A stretch of DNA of 64,000 nt from Andalucia godoyi And28 (Eukaryota > Protista > Jakobida). Below, piece by piece: positions 1-8,000 of this stretch. The notes beneath the pieces were generated by a model that saw only the letters and a list, made by a program, of their open reading frames with translations, searched no databases and had not been told where the DNA came from. The stretch's first letter is position 1, and every line of letters starts with the position of its first letter. Position numbers and translations under genes: made by a program. The stretch spans positions 257,494 to 321,493 of the forward strand of contig VRVR01000008.1 in assembly GCA_009859145.1 (NCBI GenBank), written 5' to 3'.

Positions 1-377
1 TGAATCAGCGTTTCGTTGCTAATGCATCCTGTGCGATCGGGATTTCCACCCAGAGCAACAAACGCTGCAACGAGGTCCATGTCAATGTCGATGCCTTTGA
101 ACCGTTTCTTGTAAATGCGCTGCATTTGAAGAAAGGTCTCCCACGACAGTTCTGCATCATTGGTTGCATCCACTTCCCCAAGTAGTTGCATAATATCTTC
201 CGCAGAAAGCACAGATGCACCCATTTCATGAAACACCTCCTTCAACTCGAAAATAGATATCCCACCCGACTTGTCGGAATCATGCTCATCAAACAGTCGA
301 CGGGCTTCTGCGATTTCCAGCGGGGTTAAGATCTCATACACCTGTTCCTCTTCGTCTTGTTCGTTACTCGCCGTCAT
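1..377 (-). CDS. EF-hand Ca2+-binding protein, outer-arm dynein light chain LC4 (18 kDa)-like; 5' part only, runs off the window start (absent from ORF track)
   Basis: Manual translation from ATG at 377: MTASNEQDEEEQVYEILTPLEIAEARRLFDEHDSDKSGGISIFELKEVF...QMQRIYKKRFKGIDIDMDLVAAFVALGGNPDRTGCISNETL. It has a canonical EF loop (DSDKSGGISIFE) and the AFVxLGGNxDxxG motif of LC4-type chains. It is clearly paralogous to 4096-4803. Confidence 0.85.
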   Translation of the reverse strand, partial: MTASNEQDEEEQVYEILTPLEIAEARRLFDEHDSDKSGGISIFELKEVFHEMGASVLSAEDIMQLLGEVDATNDAELSWETFLQMQRIYKKRFKGIDIDMDLVAAFVALGGNPDRTGCISNETLI

Positions 378-579
378 ATTTCTATACTATATAAACGAGG
401 AACACACGCAGTTCGATATTCTGGTTTCGTTTTTTTTTTGTTTTCGGTTTTTTTTTTTTTTTTGGGGTTTGTCAGCATCCCGAGACTGTTCCGAGTTGCT
501 GATCTCATCCGAAAAGGCGGGTCCTTCTGTGCCTTTGACGTTTGCCAATCAGCCTTCTCGTGGTCCACGTCACTGCACA

Positions 580-827
580 TCAGAGTCCGATCTGCTGCTG
601 CACGGTTTCCCCAGTTCTCCTTTGATCTCGCAGCCTGTGAACAGCATGCAGAACCCATGCATGTCTGTCCTTTTTGATCGAGACTGGAATGAAGCACGCA
701 ATGTCTGTCTTGAAGAACACGGTGCGCACGCACTTGTGCGCCTGTAGCCTGCCCCCTTGACGGCTGGTTTTCGTAGAATCGATTGTTATGCAACTTTGCA
801 ACAATACAAATCAGAGCCAACTGGCAT
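580..827 (-). CDS. Possible small hypothetical protein (67 aa) with a putative 44-nt intron (764-807)
   Basis: ATG at 827, a GTATTG donor at 807 and a CAG acceptor at 764 close in frame to MPVGSDFRQGGRLQAHKCVRTVFFKTDIACFIPVSIKKDRHAWVLHAVHRL...QQQIGL*. Codons are G/C-ending like those of real genes here. No recognisable domain, and the acceptor lacks a pyrimidine tract. Confidence 0.25.
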
Positions 828-1092
828 TGATGCAGCGTATCGCAGGTGTTCTGCTGTGAAGTGTTTTTGTAAATAATTCCAGCGAGAATCCGACGTCGTT
901 CAAAGACGAGAAACTAACCGCAGGGCGCGGTGCGGGACGCTAGAATTCCGAGAAAAGAAAAAAGGATGGAAGTGGAGAATTGTGTTTTAAAAACAAAGCA
1001 AAAAACATAAAAAACATAATAACAACACAGAGAAATCGTACTTTGGAGGAATTGGAATTGAGAGCCCATCTGAACAAAAGACGGCATCACCA

Positions 1093-1857
1093 TCACTTCT
1101 TCTTTCCAGCCTTTCCCTTTCCCTTTGCCGCAGGTTCCTCTGTTGTTGCCATCGCCGCCTGTGCGCCTAAAATTTCAAAGTTAAAGTCTCCTTTTGTGAC
1201 TCGGGCCAGTTGAACAGAAAGATCATCATAGTCTCCTGGAGTGAGACTGATCTCCATGGTGCATCCACTTCCGTCGTATTTTTGAGATGAGATTTGGCAA
1301 AGCTTCGCAATAATTCCCTGGGCCTGACCAAGATGCGCATGCGGAACATACAGCGTTCCTGTAATTTCTGTTCGCTTCAAGGGAATTACTTCCACAAGCT
1401 TTGAAATGAGATCCTGCGCCTGTCGCTCTGGTTCCTTGTCCATGTCTATTCTTGCTTTGATGCTGTCCAATGCCTGCTCAATACGAAGAACTGGGTGTGG
1501 CTTCTTGGTGCTCGGATCCGCATAGTACTTGTGAATGTAGTTCACAATCTGTTTTCTCTTTTGGTCCATCCGCTCCTGGCGCTCAGAAGAACTAAGCTGG
1601 AACTCTCCGTGGTCCAAGACCTCCCTGATACGGTCGACGTTCTTGGGCTTATCGGGAAATGCTGCTGCAAGCTCTGCTTCCGGAGCAACCTCGCCCTTCG
1701 AGGAAGACTTGAAAATAACATCGTGCGCAACGACGTTGTCAATCCCAATCTTGCCTTCGCGGTACAAGGCCATTGTATTGGGCTTCGCGAGAACTTCAAA
1801 CTGGTGCTTTCCAGATTTGAACTTCACCACGCAGAAATTCTGTCCTGAAGAGCTCAT
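1093..1857 (-). CDS. SBDS: SBDS/Sdo1-family ribosome maturation factor (archaeal-type sequence), 254 aa
   Basis: First ATG gives MSSSGQNFCVVKFKSGKHQFEVLAKPN. Family motifs: FEVL, SKGEVA..EL...F, GEFQLS..ER, KRKQIVNYI, DPSTKKPHPVLRIEQAL, and a C-terminal ferredoxin-like domain ending KGDFNFEIL. Confidence 0.9.
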   Translation of the reverse strand: MSSSGQNFCVVKFKSGKHQFEVLAKPNTMALYREGKIGIDNVVAHDVIFKSSSKGEVAPEAELAAAFPDKPKNVDRIREVLDHGEFQLSSSERQERMDQKRKQIVNYIHKYYADPSTKKPHPVLRIEQALDSIKARIDMDKEPERQAQDLISKLVEVIPLKRTEITGTLYVPHAHLGQAQGIIAKLCQISSQKYDGSGCTMEISLTPGDYDDLSVQLARVTKGDFNFEILGAQAAMATTEEPAAKGKGKAGKKK

Positions 1858-2152
1858 TTCAAAGCATAAGAAGAATTTACAGACACGGGCAGAGGACGAT
1901 GCTTGCACTTTGCAGAAAGAGACAGAGAGAGAAAAACTGAAAATAATAAAACGGAATCGCGAATGAGGAGGAGGGAAAGGTCGAGCTTGTTGAACCTGAA
2001 TTTCGGGACACTTGGGAAAAAGTCCGGCAAACAACGAAACCCAACCACAAAACTCAGCATAAAAAATTAATTAAGAATAGAAATGAAATGAAAATCTAAG
2101 ACTTGCATCAGTCAGTACTCGTTTCCCTCCCACCACTTTGAAGCAAAGGGAA

Positions 2153-3034
2153 ATGAAGAAATACGATGTGATTTGTGGGCTTCATGCAGCTCTTGCAACG
2201 CTTCGAGAAAGGCCATTGTCCGTCGATCGCATCTTCTTCCGAAATGACTTGCTATCCATCGTCAAGCCTTTCCTTTCACCCCACGCATCTCTCAATCGTC
2301 CGTATCGCTCATTTCCACTTCCTTCTACTGCAAATCCGCAAAACGATGAATTATTCAAGCTGAGCAAATCCAGTCATCACGGAGGCATTGTACTGCATGG
2401 ACAGTTCCCTTCTCCGATTCCATTTTCCCAGCTCTTCCGCGAGCAGCAAAACTCAGAGACTGCCACGGCAGTTTCGCCTCAGAATTCCAGCAAACATCGA
2501 ATTTTTCTTTGGTTAGACGGGGTTTCGAACGACCATAATATCGGAGCAGTATTTCGAAGTGCGGCATTCCTTGGTTGTGACGGCTTGCTTCTGACCAAAC
2601 CACTGTCTACTAGTGCGGTCCGAGTATCACGGGGTGCCGTGGAGATTGTTAGGCACTCAGTGGTGGGGAATGGAAATTCAGATAGTGGTGGCCCGGAGGC
2701 CTGCTCGAGAGAATCCTTAATGGAAACAATCCAAAATAGAAAGTTCATCCTGCTGGCAGCAGACAGTCGAGCACGAGTATCCTTGTTCGACATTGTTTCT
2801 TCAGCAAAGAAAGAGAACTTCGCTCCCCCAAACAGCAACAACAAGACGTACATTGTCGCCCTTGGTGGGGAGTCCGATGGACTAAAGAAGCACATTCGAA
2901 GTGGTTTCTACAAGTTTTTCTCGATACCCCCCTGCAACGAAGGCGTGATGAAAACTGTGGATTCCTTGAACGTTTCATCGGCCGCTGCCATCGTCCTGTC
3001 TTATCTGCAACCTACTCTTAATCCCAAGCCATAA
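2153..3034 (+). CDS. SPOUT (TrmH/SpoU family) RNA 2'-O-methyltransferase, YfiF-like, 293 aa
   Basis: SPOUT motif 1 (LDGVSNDHNIGAVFRSAAFLG), motif 2 (VALGGESDGL) and motif 3 (VDSLNVSSAAAIVL). N-terminal substrate-binding domain ICGLHAA..RPLSVDRIFF...SHHGGIV. Confidence 0.9.
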   Translation: MKKYDVICGLHAALATLRERPLSVDRIFFRNDLLSIVKPFLSPHASLNRPYRSFPLPSTANPQNDELFKLSKSSHHGGIVLHGQFPSPIPFSQLFREQQNSETATAVSPQNSSKHRIFLWLDGVSNDHNIGAVFRSAAFLGCDGLLLTKPLSTSAVRVSRGAVEIVRHSVVGNGNSDSGGPEACSRESLMETIQNRKFILLAADSRARVSLFDIVSSAKKENFAPPNSNNKTYIVALGGESDGLKKHIRSGFYKFFSIPPCNEGVMKTVDSLNVSSAAAIVLSYLQPTLNPKP

Positions 3035-3142
3035 ATCCACGTATTATTGCCGCACCCAAAATCATACTGCCAAAGCCATACTGTCAAAAAAAATGAATTA
3101 GTTAAAAAAATTACTACACCAGAAGGGGGTTGGCCGGGGGGG

Positions 3143-3148
3143 AAAAAA
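3143..3148 (-). terminator. Pol III terminator (T6) of tRNA-Leu
   Basis: TTTTTT begins 7 nt after the tRNA discriminator base on the minus strand. Confidence 0.75.
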
Positions 3149-3154
3149 GTAATT

Positions 3155-3237
3155 TGACAGCTGTGGGATTTGAACCCACGCATCCGGAGATACCACGACC
3201 TGAACGTGGCGCCTTAGACCAACTCGGCCAAACTGCC
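3155..3237 (-). tRNA. tRNA-Leu(CAG), 83 nt, intronless, long variable arm
   Basis: GGCAGTTTGGCCGAGTTGGTCTAAGGCGCCACGTTCAGGTCGTGGTATCTCCGGATGCGTGGGTTCAAATCCCACAGCTGTCA. It has a 7-bp acceptor stem, anticodon arm CCACG-TTCAGGT-CGTGG, T-loop GTTCAAATC, and A/B boxes. Confidence 0.97.
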
Positions 3238-3418
3238 TCAAACAAGATCCTCGACGCGAGAATGGCTCTAATTTGCTTTGCTTTGCGCTTGTTTCATTTC
3301 CAAAAGCCCCACGTTCCCACGAACCCTTTTTGGAGCTGTCCCCGTCCTCGCGAGCAGGCCTCTTCTCAAAAGCTGTCCTAGCGCATTCTGTAATTTGTTC
3401 GTTTCACAAGATAGGAAA

Positions 3419-3925
3419 ATGTTCAGGCTCTTCTCTCCTCTTCGCGCAGCAGTGCCTGCAGCGCGCCTGCAGTCTCTCCGACAGGAAATTCTTTCGTCGT
3501 CGTGGCTTCACAATGACTCCTTCTTGCTGGAAGACGCGAATGCCGCTGCTCAAAAGGCCATTGCTTCGCTTCCGAGTCTGACTGGAGAAACCCGTGCTGA
3601 GACCGAGCGAGCAACCGCCGATCTTTTGAACACCATCAAGACCTCGGAGAATGTCGAGGGGCTGTACGAAGCCATTTATTCGACAGAACTCGCTCTGGGT
3701 GACGAACTCGGCAGGTTCGGCGACAATGTACATCGCGTTCCCGAGCTGCAGGCTCGTGTCGAGAAACTCATGGAAGACTACAAGAACCTTATGGCTCGTA
3801 TTTCTTCTGACGAGACGGTGTACCGGAAAGTGGAGCGTGAGCTTGGAATTTCGATGCTCCAGCTGAAATCGCAGATCCACGACCCGGAGTACCGTCACCG
3901 CGTTCGTGATGAGTTCAGAACCTAG
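3419..3925 (+). CDS. Hypothetical helical protein (168 aa) with a probable mitochondrial presequence
   Basis: First ATG gives MFRLFSPLRAAVPAARLQSLRQ, which is Arg/Ser/Ala-rich with no acidic residues. The rest is charged and helical with coding-like codon use. No known domain recognised. Confidence 0.65.
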   Translation: MFRLFSPLRAAVPAARLQSLRQEILSSSWLHNDSFLLEDANAAAQKAIASLPSLTGETRAETERATADLLNTIKTSENVEGLYEAIYSTELALGDELGRFGDNVHRVPELQARVEKLMEDYKNLMARISSDETVYRKVERELGISMLQLKSQIHDPEYRHRVRDEFRT

Positions 3926-4095
3926 GCTTTCTGGTTCCTCACTGCGTGAAAATTGCTGATGCGTCTCCGCCATTCACCAATTTTCTTTTTTCATCTGTTA
4001 AAAACATAAAAATAAAAACATATGATAATGTTAAGAATGTTCTTCTTGTTTTTCTTTTCCTTTTTTGACTTGTTGTTTGAAGCATCATTGATGTA

Positions 4096-4803
4096 TTAGC
4101 CATCCTTTGCTCGATTCTCGTTTCCATTCTGTTCTCTGAGGATGGAGGAGAACTCGTCGAAGTCCAAGAATCCAGATCCATCTGTGTCAAACTCCTCCAA
4201 CAGCTGCTTCACCCGAATAGTCAGTCCCATTTCTGTACAGACCTTGAGCAGATTTTCTCCTATGATGTGTCCAGTGCGATCGGGATTTCCTCCCAGAGAC
4301 ACAAATGCACTGATTGTTTCTGGATCCTGTTCGATCCCTTTGAACTTTCGTTTGAAAACTCGCTGCATTTCGAGAAATTCTTCTTCTCCGAATTCAAGGG
4401 AGCCATCACCGTCGAGCACTTGCAACAAGTCTTTTATCTGATCGAACGAAACGGTTCCTCCTGCAGTCTCGTTCAGTAATTTCTTGAGTTCGTAAATGCT
4501 CAGTTTTCCGGATTTGTCATCGTCGTACTGAGAGAAGATCTTCCTTGCGCTTTCAATTTCAGCTGCAGTGAGGATTTCCATGGAAAATTCCTGTTCTCCT
4601 CCTTTATCTTTTGACGCAGTGTCACTCGTTGGCGGTCGTGGACTGTCGCCTCCGTGGGCTGCAGAGGATACAGACTCGATGTTCCGCCGAACGGGCCGAA
4701 TCATTGTTCTTCCTTCCGTCAAGATCCCAATACTGAAGATTCGGCTTACTTTTTGCTCCGTGAGTTTGGACTCCAAATCATTTGGATTCGTCTGTCGTTC
4801 CAT
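4096..4803 (-). CDS. EF-hand protein, dynein light chain LC4-like (calmodulin superfamily); start may be ATG 4581
   Basis: EF loops DDDKSGKLSIYE, DGDGSLEFGEEE and DTDGSGFLDFDE, plus the LC4-type AFVSLGGNPDRTG...MGLTIRVKQLLEEFD segment. Confidence 0.85.
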   Translation of the reverse strand: MERQTNPNDLESKLTEQKVSRIFSIGILTEGRTMIRPVRRNIESVSSAAHGGDSPRPPTSDTASKDKGGEQEFSMEILTAAEIESARKIFSQYDDDKSGKLSIYELKKLLNETAGGTVSFDQIKDLLQVLDGDGSLEFGEEEFLEMQRVFKRKFKGIEQDPETISAFVSLGGNPDRTGHIIGENLLKVCTEMGLTIRVKQLLEEFDTDGSGFLDFDEFSSILREQNGNENRAKDG

Positions 4804-5055
4804 CCTCTCTCACTGTGTTCTCCAGTCTTCTGCACCGTGGGGCGGACTGCCTCTGATTCATCCCTGTCGTAAGCTTCCTTTGGAGTTTATGTTGAGTCGC
4901 TATCATGCCAACAGTGCGACGACAAGTCGACGACTCAGAACCAAAAGGAGGCGCCTTGACAGGTTTCTTTGTTTTGCGATTTTCTTTAGTCGTTCCCTCC
5001 GCTTTCTGTGAAATTCACGCAAGGCTGGAGATCCATAAATCGATTGCTTCAAAAA

Positions 5056-8000
5056 ATGGATCCAGTATCGCAGAATGGGCTTTCCGAGATGGCAGGCATC
5101 CTGGATAGCAAAGCCTTCGACATGCTGCGTTCCATGCTGTCCGACGGGCTTGACCCCGAATTGCAAGGCTTAGACCAAGAGCTTATTTTCGGTTATTCCA
5201 CGGATGCTGCGGACGTGCAAGTGGCCAGTTCTGCAGGACCGAAGGACAGTATTCCAAAGCTTCCAGGGGCAATTGACTATGAAGACGAACAGGAAGCAAT
5301 CGAAATGGATGTTGAGCATGCGCGTCAACTGCTTGAAAGTGCTCGGGGCGCAGAGAGCCCTTCGCAACAATTCGACTTTGATGAGCAAGAAGGAACCAGT
5401 AGTACCATGAAGAAAGTTTCCGTTGATTTTGATGAAGAAGCGACGCCAGTCGATTCGACAGGTCAACATGCGAGTGTTAGTGTTGACGGGGTTGTGCAGT
5501 CTGCTGCTGTTGCAACGAAGGCACCGGCGATTAAGTTTTATGATGTGGATTCGTCCCAGTCCGCAAATGCACAGAAGGACGACGAGCCGGATGCGGAGGA
5601 TGACGACAATCTTGTAATTAGGAGAAAGAGACAGGCTCCAGCTGGTCAGGCTGGCACGCAATCTTCCCTTCCAGCGAAGCCGAATCCGCTTCTGCAGTTT
5701 GCCTTGAAGAAATCCAATGACAAGTTACTTCTTAGAACTTCGAAGTTGTTGTTTCAAAAGAGCGATCTAGAAGATGCGCAATACTATGCGTCACGAGGGT
5801 CACTGCAGACTGTCCATGCAAAGTCTTTCTTAGAGCCCACTACGGATGATATTGTTCATTTTTCTAAAGAGATTCTGGAAGAAGAAACCACTGAGCCGAG
5901 CGATGAAAAGGACGCCGCAGGCTTTGATAGGATGGTGATTGCTCCATTGAGTTTCGTATCACCGTCGTTCGATCTCGAAGTCGCTTTATCCGAGGAATCG
6001 GATTTTGGTAGAGTGCATCCTGCCCTGCTGCCTGTCTCTCTCTTGAATTGGGAGACACAAGTTTGGGAAATGGCGCTGGGAAAAAAAGGGAATGTCACTT
6101 CTTGGGAAAAAAAATTACTTCCCCCCTCTGCGAAGCTGAATGTTGCTGCGGTTCATGGCCAATGGGATACCTCTGTCTTTGAAACCTGTGATTCTGTGTC
6201 CTTTCCACTTCTCTTTGATTTGAATGATGACTCTTTTGGCGTTTCTATGGAGGAATTAACCAGGGTCGCCGAAAGAGCGAAGCAAGTGTTTTCCGACGAC
6301 GTCATGCGCTCCAAGTTTGGAACCCTTACTTTCGAAAACAAAATCAGAGCGACTCTTGTGCGGGACGAAGAGGCTGTGGAAGACCAGATTGGAGAAATTG
6401 TACATACTCAACTTGCCTGGAAGCTGGATCCTCGATATTTTGCGAGAACTGTCAACCGCACAATTGCCATGTTTCATGTCCGTCCATTCCTTCTCCCCGG
6501 TCTCCTTGTGAAAGCCGATCCTCATATTATTGTTGGTAAGGATGCTGGATCAGGCCCCTTGGCGGCCAAAGAGACTGCTAAAATGCGTCGCCGAAATGCT
6601 TCTACGTTCAAGGACGAAGACGTGAGTTCCCGATCCGGACGTGTTGTTTTGATGGAGTATCGGGAAGAACTTCCTGCCTACATGTCTGTGCCAAGTATGG
6701 GTGCTCGCGTGCGCAACTTCTATCTTCGAATGGATGCACCGACGGCACCCGAGGGATCTGTTCGAAAGCAAATATCCGCAAAGCCGAATCCTCAAGATGT
6801 GCAGGATCCCGCAACTGTTCTGTCTGAACAAGAGTTATCAAGATACTCCAGACTGAAAGAGACTCTGGAGGACGGGTCGTTGGAGATCGTTTCGTCCCTG
6901 AAAGACGTTCCATTTCTTACAATTCTTGAGCCCGGCGACTCGGTTTGTGCACTGGATACGCACATGTTTGCTTCCGAAATGTCTGGTCACGCTGTTCCCG
7001 AGACCGACTTCTTATTGACGGTTTCTCGAGATTCAAAGCTGAAAAAAAACAATGTGTATTTGCGAGAAATCGACAAGTTGTACGCAGTCTCATATCAGCA
7101 AGCTAAGAGACAGGAAGAATCCGCCGGGATGCTTGTGTCTAAGTTTGCTGGAGAAGTCCCTGGTCCTTCCGCAAAGGTTCGCACACAGTGGGATCGAAAG
7201 CGCGTTCTGTTTCATGAATACAGACTGCTGGAAAAGGAGGCCCGACGCGATGATGAGGGTCGCATTTCGCGGGTTGCTCCGTTTCAATCACTGCTGGATC
7301 TGGTCCCTGATGTCGACGCGCAGACGATTCGGAGAATCTGTAATGAAGAATGTGATGTAAGAAGCAGCAAGTTCCAATGGAAATCCGAGCGAGAGTTTCC
7401 TTCCGAGGCCAGGATAGTGGAAACGCTGTCTCCCGAAGATTATTGTCGATATGTCATGATGGAAGCTGGGCTTGCGTATCTCGAAGATCAGCGGGGCATC
7501 GATCGCGAAGCTGCAGAGACTGCATTGTTGAACGTCTTGTTCGCTGCCAACAATGCCGAGAACAAGTCTCTGGATTCTGGTTTCCGTCTTACTGCGGAGG
7601 ATGAAAAGACGATTTCCGCAGTTCAGCATGAACTAAAGATAGCACCGTGGATTTCGTCCACCACCTTTATCAATGCATTTTCTGGCTCTGGTAGTGTCCG
7701 GTTCGCGGATATCCATTTTGTGACTCCTGAAGAGGTTCTTCAAGCGCAGGAAGACTTTTCAAAAGTGACGGAGATCCGAGCCGAGTTTGCGAAGAATCAG
7801 TTGAAAAAGATGGGAATTGACGCGGATGCAATGTCTTCTATGGAGCGTGTTGAAACTTTAAGAAAACACATTGCAAAAGGGCTCCACTTGAATGTGAAGA
7901 CAGCTTCGTATACAGTTGCGATGCATCATACGTTACGAATTGTTTTCGGCAAAGCATCTCGTGCATTGCGTCCGACGGAAACCTTCAGCGATGAACAAGA

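Noticed and set aside
720-770. SRP RNA Alu-like GCCTGTAG motif
   Set aside because: No helix-8 (GNRA/SRP54-binding) motif or long pairing partner within the expected distance of about 300 nt.
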